NCBI RefSeq assembly: GCF_000711695.1
Contig: NW_013547019.1
Coordinates: forward strand, 248,001-312,000
Direction of reading: 5' to 3'
DNA: 64,000 bases
Source of the DNA: Tilletiaria anomala UBC 951
Lineage: Eukaryota
In this document: positions 1 through 11,795 of the stretch, piece after piece
Position numbering within the stretch: position 1 is the first letter of the stretch
How the letters are laid out: each line of letters begins with the position of its first letter
Program-made: the position numbers and the translations under genes
The notes under the pieces: generated by a model
The model's input: the letters and a program-made list of their open reading frames with translations, nothing else
Told to the model about the DNA's origin: nothing
Databases searched by the model: none

Positions 1-589
1 CGGTCATCTACCTCGTCAACCTGAGCGAAAAGGACTACGTGCGAAAGAAGAACAAATGGCTCCCCAAGATTAAAGAGTGGATTGACACCAACAACCCGGG
101 AGACCTGCTCATCCCCTTCAGCGTTGCGCTCGAGGAGCGATTATTACAGCTCGGCTCCCCCGAAGCTGAGGCGGAAGAGCTCAAAACGCTCGGGCCGAAC
201 GTAACCGGCGCCCTGGGCAAGATCACCAAGGCAGGCTACGACGGTCTCGACCTGATCCGATATTTCACCTGCGGTCCAGACGAGGTACGAGCGTGGACGA
301 TCAGGAAAGGCACCAAGGCGCCGCAGGCGGCTGGTGTCATCCACACTGACTTTGAGAACAAGTTCGTTTGCGGTGAAATCATGGCCTACAATGACCTCAA
401 GGAGCATGGCAGCGAGAACGGCTGCAAGGCGGCCGGAAAGTATGTTCAGAAGGGCAAGACATACGAGATGGTGGATGGCGATATTGCTTAGTGAGTATCC
501 TCGAAGGCGACTCCCTGGTACAAGCATTTCTCAACAACCTTACTGAAACTTTCACTCTGCTTTTTCTCAGCTGGAAGAGCGGCGCATAA
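1..589 (+). CDS. OLA1: Obg-like ATPase (YchF/OLA1), 3' part; the 5' end lies outside the window; intron 491-570
   Basis: TGS-region motif [35 protein letters not shown] and [21 protein letters not shown]...TTCTCAG intron, then YWKSGA*. Confidence 0.95.
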
Positions 590-678
590 TGTTCCAGCAT
601 GCCATCATTCATGTATAATAGACACGACCAAAATGCATTTTACTGATACCGCCATCTATGTGTTCATATTCTGAGTCG

Positions 679-1569
679 TTACCATCCACTCGTCATATAC
701 ATGAGGATGAGCACAGTACAGATGCCGATGGTGAGACCCATGATGATGCTGTCTCTCCGCCTTCGTCTGTTGATCATGGTGATGACGCCGTTGATGCCGG
801 GCAAGGATTGAGCAGTGCGCGTCATGCGCGATGCTATTGACCCGATCAGATCTCGCTGCGCTGCAATGTCTTGCCGTGTCGCATAGGCCTGGTCTAGCGT
901 TGAGTCGATTATCGAATGCGAATTGTCCAGACGAGACCGCTCTGTAAGCAGTGCATCCGTGTCCGAAGTATACCTGGCCTTGTATGAGCTGCACAGGAGA
1001 GATAAGCACAGAGGCCAGTGAGCTCATGTTGAAGGCAACGTTGAAGCATAATGTACGCACTCAATGTCATGTTGCACATTACCCAGCAAGTCTCGTCGAT
1101 CCACCGCGTGCTGCACGTTAGTCTTGAGTCTTCGGTAGTCCCTCTGGAAATCGAGCAAAACTTCTCGATGTCGCTGCACTGCATGCATCTGCACCGTGGA
1201 GGGCGGCACGCTAGGGTCGTCCAGCAGCGTCGTGAGCGAGTCGACCGATGCGGTAAGCTCAACCAAGAGATTTTCTATTTCTGCTTCTTGCAGTTGCGGG
1301 TCTATCCTGCTATCTCCGTTGGCGCCGTCCATTGATACAGATGTGAAATCTCGCTTGTTGCCTCCGTATGCGCCATAGATCGAGGAACTGCTGCCATCGC
1401 CATGTCCGCCGCCGGCGGACAAGCTTGCGATCTCGTTTGGCACGCGTGAGTACAGCGTCAGTTTTGCATCCAGAGAGGACTCGAGGAGCCGAGTTTGACG
1501 CCGGGCGGTGTCCCAGCGTGAGGTGGAGCTGGAAGCACCGCCGCCGAAGGTGCTGCTGCTACGCGACAT
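679..1569 (-). CDS. GOS1: Golgi Qb-SNARE Gos1/GS28, multi-exon
   Basis: WDTARRQTRLLESSLDAKLTLYS, HAVQRHREVLLDFQRDY; last exon SLPGINGVITMINRRRRRDSIIMGLTIGICTVLILMY (C-terminal TM anchor). Confidence 0.9.
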
Positions 1570-2047
1570 GTTAGCCGATGATGCAGAGCGGTGCACTTGA
1601 GCAATCCCCCGATGGTGGCTGTTGGCGAGCGCAAATTCAAGTTCGCCTCTTTGCGCAAAGCAGCTAGCTGCTTGAGCGCCGCCTCCTGGCCTATCTCTTG
1701 CGTTCGCTTTGGGGAAATTTATGCCGATGGACGCCGGCGGCGTCGCTGTTGGAGATGTGACGGTGCGAAGACTTGATTTTGACACACTCTCAGAGTCTGA
1801 AGTGAGGAGTGTGGGCTGTCCAAGAAAGTGCAAGCGGAATTCGCGCTTCACTATTAAGAGCTTCACTTGAGAACGTGAAATATTATTAGTGAACCCTTGA
1901 AGTTCGCCATCATCGACTTCTTCACAGTTCATCACACAGGAGAACCTTTCGATTATCGGTTACATTTCCCCTCAGGCTGACAGGCCCTGTGCACGATCTG
2001 AAACCGAGAAATCTGGAGCAGACCGATTTGCGTCACAGGCCATCAGG

Positions 2048-2916
2048 ATGGAAGCAGCCGCACAATCACGCAAGGAGAAGTTGGCGGCTCTACGGAAGCG
2101 CAAAGCAGATGAAGATGCAGGCATGGTGTCACGGGATGCCGCAAAGCCGCGAAACATGGACGATGACGAAGGGATGGACGAAGGTCTTCTAATCAAGAGA
2201 AGCTTCAGAAATTACGATCCGAAGAACAGGCAGATGAAGAAGACCGCTGCTGGGCAAGGGATAGAGGATACGGTCGAGCAAGGTAGGCATGGATGTGTTC
2301 CCGCGCAAGGGAACGAAACAGGTCACAGCACTGACATGCCTCTCTGCTCTCTTTCCCATTCTCCGTTGCAATAGCTGTCGAGGGTTTGCAGGAGAGAGTG
2401 CTTAAAGAGGATGAAGCCAAACGGCAAGAAGAGCTAGTACGTTCAGCTTCCCAGCAGTCTTGCACTTCAATTACTGATTCGCCATCAATCGCATTGCATT
2501 TACCCCGGGACATCTTCTGTCAGGACTTGCTAAATATCGCACCCAAGCGACCAAATTGGGACCTCAAGCGTGACCTCAAGAAGCGGTTAGGCAAAGTGGA
2601 GCGCAAAGACAAGGAAACTATCCTGGTCTTGATCCGTGCGTCGACCGATGATCAGCGTAGATTCAACAGGCTGCCTTGAACTGATTTGCCTTTGCCTGCT
2701 ACCTCATTACTCTGCGCCCTGATATGGAATGCAGGAAGACGAATAGCGGCAGGGCGCGATGCGGCGGGTGCCAACAAAGACAGCGAGTCGGCAGGCTTGA
2801 ACGCCATGACTGCAGAAATGGCTGCGAGCGCGACGGTAGAACGAGGAGCTGGGCGAATAGGGACGCAATACGACGATGATGATAGTGACGATGACGTTCA
2901 AGACGAGGATGTATAG
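2048..2916 (+). CDS. CWF18: Cwf18/CCDC12 pre-mRNA splicing factor, multi-exon
   Basis: MEAAAQSRKEKLAALRKRK, FRNYDP, DLLNIAPKRPNWDLKRDL family motifs. Confidence 0.9.
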
Positions 2917-3042
2917 TAATGCAGTTGCGCAGTAAATGAGAGAACATGGACTGTATCACCATAAAACGCATAAGGTACAAGTATGCCCGCTTTTCCCTTG
3001 GGCTTTCCGTGCGACGACGACCGAATCCATCACCGAATGGTT

Positions 3043-5097
3043 TCACCGCGTCCAGCCGTTATATAGGCTGTCAGACGCAAAGGATCAGATTCGCGCAGGT
3101 CAGAGAGGGGCAACAGTGGTGCGGGCGGGCAGAGTCGCATTTACTCACCCAATATCGTCAGCGCCATTCATCGGCCCATTACACGTTATGTGTGTCTCTT
3201 CTACGTGATCCCCACCTCCGAGGATCCTTGTCTCTCCCGAAACGGCGTGTGCATCCAGCGCAACGGCCATCTTGGAATCATTGAGACCTTCGCCTCCAGC
3301 GCCGCCCGCTAGGCCACCAGCAGGATAGCTGATGGCACCGCTCTTCTGCTTGATCTTTGCGTTCTCGCTACGCAGGCCCTCGAGGTGCTCAAGGTATTTG
3401 CTGTCGACGCCACCGGTGACGTACTTGCCATCGAAGACGCTGCAGTCGAACTGCTTGATCTCAGGGTTGAGCTGGCGCACGCTCTCGATGAGGTCCGGCA
3501 GCGTCTGGTAGATGACCAGATCTGCGTGGATGGCTTCGGCTACTTGCTCCTCGGTCCGGCCATGCGCGACGAGCTCGTGTCGGCTAGGCATGTCGATGCC
3601 GTACACGTTGGAGAAGCGGATCGGCGGGGCGCACGAGGCTATGATGACTTTGCGCGCGCCGGCGTCGCGCGCCATCTGGATGATCTCCTTGGACGTCGTA
3701 CCGCGCACGATCGAGTCATCGACGAGCAGGACATTCTTGTCAGCGAACTCGAGTGCCATGGCGTTGAGCTTTTTCCGCACGTTCTTGCGACGAACGTCTT
3801 GCCCGGGCATGATGAACGTGCGTCCAACGTAGCGGTTCTTGACAAAGCCCTCACGGTACGGAATGGCGAGCTTCTGCGCCAGTTGCAATGCCGCGACGCG
3901 CGACGTGTCGGGTACGGGGATGACCACGTCGATTGTCTCCCCTTTTAATTTTAAGACTCGGGCCACCTCATCGGCCAGCTTGTCTCCCATGGCCATCCTG
4001 CTTCGATATACGCTGATGCCGTCCAAAACCGAGTCGGGACGCGCAAAGTAGACGTACTCGAAGATGTCAGGCGAGAAGGTGTACGTATTGACCGCCGTCG
4101 CTGGCGGAACGAGCAAGCGGCGACTGACGTTGTTTCGCGTGATGATGACCGCTTCGCCAGGTCGGATGTCCTCAAAGTCTTCAAAGCCAAGCGCGTCGCA
4201 GACGACCGACTCGGACGTGAAGCAGTAGTCCATGCTGTGAGCACGGCCGCCGGTGCCGAATGAGGAGGTAGCGGAAGGGCCCGCCTTGCGCGAACACATG
4301 CCGAGCGGTCGGATGCCGTTCGGATCGCGGAAGGCGATGATACCAAAGCCGGCGAGCATCGCCACACACGCGTAGCCACCGTGCGCTTGTCGCATCAATC
4401 CGCCGATGGCATTGAAAATGTCCTCCTCGTTGATCCTGAATTGCGAGAAGCGCGGAGCGCACGTCTTAGCATCGAGTCCTTCTTTCGACGCGAAAGCATT
4501 GCGGCAGTGATGGATGCCCTGGTGGGCAACACTCACCTGAACTTCCCAGTGGCTTGCAGGTTGTTGGCAAAGATGTTGAGGAGAAGCTCGCTGTCGGAAT
4601 CAGTGTTGATGTGCCTGTGAGCCTCGGCATCGAGGAAGGAGCGCAATTCGTTCGTGTTGATGAGGTTGCCGTTGTGCGCAAAGACGATGCCGTACGGAGA
4701 GTTGACATAGAAAGGCTGCGCCTCGGCATGGTTTGAGGACCCAGCGGTCGGGTAACGGACTGAGGTTGTGCGGTGAAACAAAGAGCAGACACAAGGAGGA
4801 AAAGGAGGGAGAGAATTGGTATCTCAGTGTCATGCAAATAGATCTCCGGCCGAGCTTCCTTCAGCTGATGCGCTCACCATGTCCGACGCCCATGCTGCCC
4901 ACCAGTCTACTCAAGCTGGTCGCGTCAAAGACGTCGCGGACCATACCATTGGCCTTGCACTGGTAGAATCGCCCCTTGTTACCGCACGTCACAATGCCGG
5001 CTGCATCCTGGCCACGATGCTGGAGCAGCGAAAGCCCCTCGTTGATCTCGGGGGCTGCTGCGCCCTCGGCGAGGAGGAGAGCCATGATCCCACACAT
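3043..5097 (-). CDS. ADE4: Amidophosphoribosyltransferase, multi-exon
   Basis: N-terminal MCGI (catalytic Cys), [32 protein letters not shown] motif [14 protein letters not shown]; last intron, then GLYNGWTR*. Confidence 0.97.
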
Positions 5098-5761
5098 GTT
5101 GCACAATGACGAATGCTCCTGTACCGGGAAGAGACGAATGAAAAGATATAAGGCGAAAAGGATCAAGCCGCCCTCTGCAGCTTGGAGGGACAATCTCCAA
5201 CTTTACAAAGACAAGCTTGTCGACAATAGGCCACCAGAAGCAATGGCCTCACGATCAGGATTCTTGCGCCGTTGGGGGAGAAAGTCTGCCCTTCGCTTCC
5301 GGCGAGATCGACTGTTGACACTGGGGGTGGGGGGTTGTTCTGCAAGCACTCGACTTGAAGACTGGAACAAGGGCCAGTTGCTTGGGTGCATGCATGCGCG
5401 TTACAGCGTGGGTGCAACGGTGTGACGGTATACATTAGACAAGTGCATGCTACAGCTACCTCGACGGATTTCGCAGTTTCGCTTCCTCGTTGCTGCACTC
5501 TCTCGTTCTCTTTTTTTTTCTTTCGGTTTTCCGCCAGTTCTCTTCGTTCTGCGCTGGATGAATTTTTTTATCTTTCCAAAATCTTTTGGCAGTAGCCGAG
5601 AATAGCGAGAGAGCGCTCGAAAAAAAAGAAAAAAAGAAGAAAACCCACGAAAAAAGAGCGGAACGGAACAAGGCAGCGACATGGTTTGGTTGTTTCTGGT
5701 TGGACTCCAAAATCTGATCCCCCCTACTGCGCTGCACGGTGAATGGCTTCTTGCGATGCAT

Positions 5762-8481
5762 TCAAAAGAGAGAGCGCACAACGACCTCTCGCCCGGCGGT
5801 GCGCTCACTCGAGAGCACCACTTCCGTCCTCCCGTACTCGCGCGTAGCCGTGCAGAGCCATTGTTCCTGATCCTCCCTCGCTCCACCCGCCTCGGGCGAA
5901 CGTCGTGTAAAGAGCTCGTAAAATGGCGCGTCGGGTGCAAAGTCTGCCCATTCGAGGATCGCGAAGCCCCTGTTGCTGCTGCTGCTAGCGGCGCTGCTTA
6001 TCGAGACTGTCCCCGAATCTCTCGCTTCTTGTACTGGCGCTGCAGCTGCAGTTTGGACAGAAATCACAGCCTCCTTCTGCTGTCTCTCTGCTGCGGCCTT
6101 TGACCGGAGACACAGGGCGCCGACGAAAAAGTTGACTGTGGCCGCTTCATCCTCCTCTCGTTCTTGAAGCAACTCGTGATCCCGCGCAACCAAGACGCCT
6201 AGCTCGGCCTCCTCGGCGGTCTGAGGCCAGCGGAACCATGCTTCGGTCCCCCGCCATCCCAGTGAGGCCACCCTTGCAGCGTCGGGCTGAGCACCTGCTG
6301 GACCTGCCTCATGCACCTCGCTCGCGCCTGCAGCTCTCAGGTGCGGCCGCACAGTCCAGGCGCTACTGGCAGCGCTGTCCTGTTTCTTGATGACAGCGGT
6401 GATTTGGACCATGAGACCCTCTACATGATCTGCTAACCCTGCAGGCGTTGCCTCGGTCAGCCGCAGCCTGAAGAAGGGTATAAAGACCCCCGCGCGGCCG
6501 TTCACCCCGCTCCTACTCTTGCTCAACCGCACCCTGACGCGAATGCAAGTGTTGCCAGACCAAGCATCGCTCGTTGTCGTTTCCATGTCCAAGCCGCGGC
6601 TGTCGGGTCCAGCGACCTGAGGAGATGGCGCTGACGTTGAACTTACGGGATCTTGTAAAAGCCAATGAGGCTGTGGCATGCTGGCAGCGACGTCCGTCCA
6701 TCCACTTACGGTAGCATCAAGCCTCTCTTCGCTCCAGTCGCGCACGCAGGCACCTCGGACGAACCACTTGCAGCCGGAGCCCATGGCAAAATTGGTGTAA
6801 AAGCTCTGAGCGCCGATCAAAAAGAAGTGGTAGTCCAGCTCCCAAACTCGTGGGGGGAAGTAGCGGCTGAGGGCGAACGCGTCGCCGGGCGTCTGCTCTT
6901 TTCGCTGTCGCTGTCGCTGCCGCCAGAACTGCTGGTCTTCGTTCCACCAGTCTTCCCAACTCCGATGACCTGGCTGATCGGCTGGCTCGTCGTGTTCCCA
7001 CGTCCATCCAGGCGCGAAGAGCGCAACGCTCAATCCTGCAGGTGGCGCTTCGTCCCTTTCGCGAGTGCGATGTGGCATGATCATCTCGAGGCTCTTCCAG
7101 CAGTCCATGCCGCCGCAGCAATTGCGGCCAAAGACGTCAATACCAACAAAGACGTCGCTGCGTGCGCGGCGCATCTGCTCGGCGAGCCGCGCAGACGCGA
7201 CGAGCGCAGGGTGGAAGCCGCCGTCCTGCGGCGCGCCCGTGTAGCTATGCACCGACTGCGGGAACTGGCCCGGCGGCAGCGCCTCTGGCGGCCGCACCCA
7301 GGTGTAGTTCGTGAAGATCGAGTCGGCGACTTCGAAGAAGGCCTGGTTGGCTGGCGTCAACGCGTCCTGCCACGCAAGCTCGCCGTCGATTGTCACGCTG
7401 TCGTACCACGCAACGTGCCAGCTCTCGCGACGCCGGTTCCGTCCTGCAGCGCGCTCGCTCTTGCGTGCATTCGCAATTCCCACCCTTCGACGTCCCTCGA
7501 AGCGCAGATAAGCGACCCACGCTCGCAGACGCGTAGCATTCTTTTGCATCTCGATGTGCCGCACGCGCGACCGGACCCACCACGGCCATGGCTCGCCACT
7601 GCATTGGAAGCCGAGATCGAGCGGGACCTCGACGTTGATTAGATAGCCATCAAAGCCGCGCTGAAGCGCAAGGGTGATGAGCACATCAGCAAAATGAGGC
7701 GAAAAGAGGAGCGCAGCTGCTGCAGTGTCGTTGGCGACGCTCCTGTGGTTGATGCACGATGGCCCCAGCAACGGGATGTGCTCGCATTCGGGACCGCGAA
7801 GAAGGAGCGATAGCTCGGCAATGCTTTCCTTCCATTCGAATATCCTGCAAACAAAAAATGTTGGATTCAGTCACCCAAGCATCGCTTGGCACAATGTCGC
7901 AGAAGGTCGCCTACGCACAACGTCCCGAGGATCTTGGTGCCGTGCCGGTGTGCCGCTTCGATCCAAGCTGGGGGTGGCACGGTGACACGATGATGTGAAA
8001 AATAGACAAAATAGTCTGCAAGTTGCCTGCACGCCTGTTAGCGAATCCTTCGTGACTGCGACGTGGGCTCTGCGGGATCTCACCAATGCTCGAAGGTATA
8101 ACACTGTGCATCAGGCTGTTCCTTGTAGCCTCCCTTGTGATCATGACAGACCATCAGTTTCGGCCGAAAATCATCCTCAGCCCCCTCTTCATGTCCGACT
8201 TTCAGGCTTGAGTCGCAGAGCTCGTTCATGTCCTCCACGTCGAGCAAGCCAAACTGGCCTCTCTTGTCGTTGAGGATCGGATGCGCGACATCCTGGGAGA
8301 TAGCACTAGCGCCAGTTGCGCCGGCGGTCTGCTGCCGCAAATCGGCCCAACAGTCCAGCAATTGGAGCTCGGTGAAGTAGCTCGGCTCAGGGAGCATATC
8401 TGGGTCGACGTCGGGGCGTAAGGGCGCCGACAAACAGTCGAGGTCGCCTGGACCTGCGTCCAGATCCAGGCTCGCGGGCAT
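5762..8481 (-). CDS. Endo-beta-N-acetylglucosaminidase, glycoside hydrolase family 85, multi-exon
   Basis: LMVCHDHKGGY, YTFEHW, YFSH, GFDGYLINVE (catalytic NxE), WYDSVT-G-L-WQ, IFTNYTW, GIDVFGR, SVALFAPGWTWE. Confidence 0.92.
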
Positions 8482-9551
8482 CCCTTCGAATCGAACTCGC
8501 TCCCTGCCAACTTTGAGCAAGCGAGAAGCAGTGACACTTTTGGTGCGATGACTCGGTCAAGGTTTCCCATTTACAAATGGTGTACACCAACCTTCCATTT
8601 GGTCTAAAAACGTCAAGACGCAAGCAATTTATAATAGTTTCAAGGTCAATCCCTGGTCCGGTCGTCCATTCCAGAGCCAGAACGGAGATTATTGCAAGTC
8701 TGTCGGGCGATGATGTCCATTTCATCCGGTGGTCTCTGACACGCTTGTGGGTGTTCTCAGAAAGCTCGGTCAGACCTCGGATGCGTGCGTGCACTAAGCC
8801 CATCCCCATGCTCTCTCGCTTTAGCCTTGGCCGCAACCAGGCCGCAAAGGAACAACGCCCTCACAACAACAAATGAAAGAAAGCTCTCGGAGGCTCCGTA
8901 CGCACGCGCCAGCCAACTGGACTCGAGCTGTTGATAGTTCGTCAGTTATTCGCCACGTGCAGTTCGGTCGAAGAGAGAAGAGGGAAGGGGAGAAAAGCGC
9001 CGCACTGCTGAAGAGTTGGAGTGTAACGCCAATCCCAAGACATCTTATCCAAGGCGCCCACTGCTCAGCTCGTCCAGGTCAGCCTTGAAGGTGCTTGCCT
9101 GCCTTTGAGGAGAGTGTATTACATCGCCTTTGCGCCATCCCCCCCCCACCGAATCTAATAATAGCTTTGCGCCAGAACCATGGAAGACAAAAGGACGGCA
9201 AAGGGAGACTCCAGGCTCTCCGAGTCTCGTCGCACCAACCCTTGAGATGGTGGCCAATGGCGAGCGATGGACTGACTACCTACGGACATCTCCATTTGGA
9301 CAGGAGTCCTAACACCACGGCGACGACGAGACATACTGACTTGGCCATGTTGAAATTGCACTGAACGCCTTCACTGCCAAGCTCCCCGTCCCATCCATCC
9401 CCCCCCCCCTTCCCCTTCCAGAAGACGCCTCTCTTGACCACAAGGCTCAACACGAACTCGTCTCTGCACGTGACAAGCCCAGACCAGCGCCAGATCTCTT
9501 GCCACAATCGTCTCTGTTCGCGCGTACGTCAACTCTTGCCTTACCTGCAGC

Positions 9552-10406
9552 ATGATCTAGGACTTCCTCAGCCTGCCGATAGGCACCACAGGCGCCCTGA
9601 CGGCCAATTTCTGGGCGGATCTCTACGACGCTGATTATGTCTTCTTCGTCGTCGGCAATCGTATAGGCATCGCCTCCGCCCACGCGGTCGACGCCTCTGA
9701 GTTGGCCCAGGACGACAGGTCGCGCGCCGAAGCGACCCTTGCCCTCGCAGTTGTGCTCATCGTCGTCATCAGCTTGATCACTCCCATGGCCAATATCCTC
9801 TCCAACTTCTTGTTCAAGAGGAGGGATAGCCAATTTAACAGCATGCTGTGCCGGTTCATTATCACCTGCATCGAGTGGCTCCTCTGCTACGCAACCTCTA
9901 ACCAGCTCAGCTGGGCCGTCTCCTGGCTCTTCGACATCGTCGCGCTCATCTTCTACATTCGCCTGGGACGGACGGAGAGCAGGCGCGCGACACTCGAGCA
10001 GGAAGACGATGTGGAGAAGCGCAACAACTCGTTCAACGCCCACGACACCAGCAACAACAACAACAACTACTACGCAGCCTACAACGACAAGCTGCAATCC
10101 TTCAGCGCAACCGCGCCAGTGAAGCACTACGCCGCGCCGGCGCTCGTAGCTCAGCAGTACGCGCAGCCGCACACGCAGCAGCACACCCCAGTCGTGCCCT
10201 CAGCGGCAGCATGCCGCGCAGACGCCCACCATTCCCATGTCGGAGCGGGGCTCTGCGCAGCCGTCCTAAGGCTAAAAGATGAGCCACTACCACAGTCCCG
10301 ACGGCTCCGCCAGCTGCAAGCACAATGTGTACCAGGAGCCGGGCCAATCGTCCTACTAGTAGAGCAACACGCACCCATAGGTTGTAGCCGCCTGTTAGAT
10401 GGTTGA
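9552..10406 (+). pseudogene. Apparently disrupted gene for a membrane protein (about 3 TM helices plus a Q/Y/P-rich tail)
   Basis: ATG ATC TAG in frame with a long C/G-ending-codon ORF carrying hydrophobic helices; codon bias shifts frame near 10186, and the new frame contains TAA/TAG stops. Confidence 0.5.
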
Positions 10407-10614
10407 TGAAGCTCTTGCATGATTCCCCCTTTGTACGATATTCGTGTCCACTGCACTGCATTCACCACCGCCTCAGCCATTGCATCACCAAGATTGCAGT
10501 GCTAAAGCGCAGGATGGCATGGAAAGCGGAATAATACAATGGTGACCTGCGCCAGAGCAGATTGGCCGGCCAGCGAGCGAGTGCGCCTCCTTGGGGGCAT
10601 TTCGTCCACAGGCC

Positions 10615-11394
10615 TCACCGGCGTGACGGACTTCGACTCCTCGCCCTCGCGCTGCCTGCATTCCCTCGTCGGCCTCCTCCTCCTTTGCCTGCCCCGGAAG
10701 CCAGTGCCGGTGGTCGCACGAACGCAAAGTCTGCCTTAAGCTCCTGTTCCATTAGCGTCAACCCCGTCTCACATGCGTGAATGGCTGTCCGCGCTTCTGC
10801 GTTCGTTTCGTATTCGATCAGCGCATAGCCCTAGCGTCGTTGCCGCGCGGAAGAGCGAACGTCAGTGCCAAGAAGTTCAAGCTAAAAGTCAGGGTGCTCA
10901 CCTTGACATAGCCTGTCCGCCTGTCGAGGTTGAGGTGTAGGTTCTTGATCTCGCCAAAGTCGGCAAACTTGTCCATCACCTCCTCCTCCGTTGCTTCCTC
11001 ATGTACATTGGTCACCAGCACGATCCATCCTTCGACGGCTGCGATCCGGGGCCGAGAAAACGAGAATCACTATTAGCAAAGACGACAGAGCAAAGAAGTC
11101 TAGGCGGCGTCCGTAGCTTCTCACTCACATCGCGCTTCTCGGCTCTGCGTTGCGCCATCTACCCTGTCAAATCCTTTGCTGCGAACGCCATCCAAAACCT
11201 CACTGTGGTCGCCCGCCTTGGGCTTGAAGCCTCTCCCTTTTCGCTTGATGGAAGGGTCTGGATCAGCAATGATGCACATATCAGTAGCTGTCAGGTGTGC
11301 AGCACGAAGCTTCAAACGGTGCGGCCGAGGCTGAGCGCTCACCATCTTCCATCTCGACATCGGCGTCGTTCCGGTTCATTTCTGCGTCTGACAT
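10615..11394 (-). CDS. RBM8A: Exon-junction complex RRM protein Y14/RBM8A, multi-exon
   Basis: [68 protein letters not shown] tail. Confidence 0.96.
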
Positions 11395-11795
11395 TGTGGT
11401 CAATCTTGCGAACCTATTCTCAGTCGTCCTTGCCCCTTATCCCTGCGAGCCTGTCCCTGGCCAGATGATCATCCACGGCCTGGTTAAGGTGGTTGTTCGA
11501 GGAGCTCCGTGTTGTAGATTGTCCAAAGTGATGAGTAGCCCTTGATGACAGCAGCGGCGCGAAGAATAAGATTCATTGGCGCCATTCCGCCTCATCGCCA
11601 TCTCACACGGCAAGAACCTCACTCGAGCTTGGACCGATTTGAAGCGGCTCTGGGTATCTTTTAGGCTACAGCAGTCGTTCCCTCTGCAGGAACTGTGTGT
11701 CTGAAGACCGCTCGGAGTCTTTCTCAGACGTAAGCACGCCTTCAGTCGGCGTTACTGATGCACCAGGCATCTCAAAACGGCGCCGGTAGCCAAAG

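Noticed and set aside
5203..5391. 62-aa ORF upstream of ADE4 as a uORF
   Set aside because: TSS unknown, no coding bias or motif; cannot be supported
5490..5660. Poly(T)/poly(A) quasi-inverted tracts between ADE4 and the ENGase
   Set aside because: Imperfect low-complexity tracts typical of promoter or terminator DNA, not a MITE or structured RNA
6665..7642. 325-aa plus-strand ORF, and similar antisense ORFs such as 3385-3948, 9447-10184 and 27587-28474
   Set aside because: Antisense shadows of GC-rich real genes, with no recognisable motifs
10050..10072. (AAC)n tract and other short repeats (acidic tract near 50160-50265)
   Set aside because: Ordinary coding low-complexity sequence (poly-Asn, poly-Asp/Glu)
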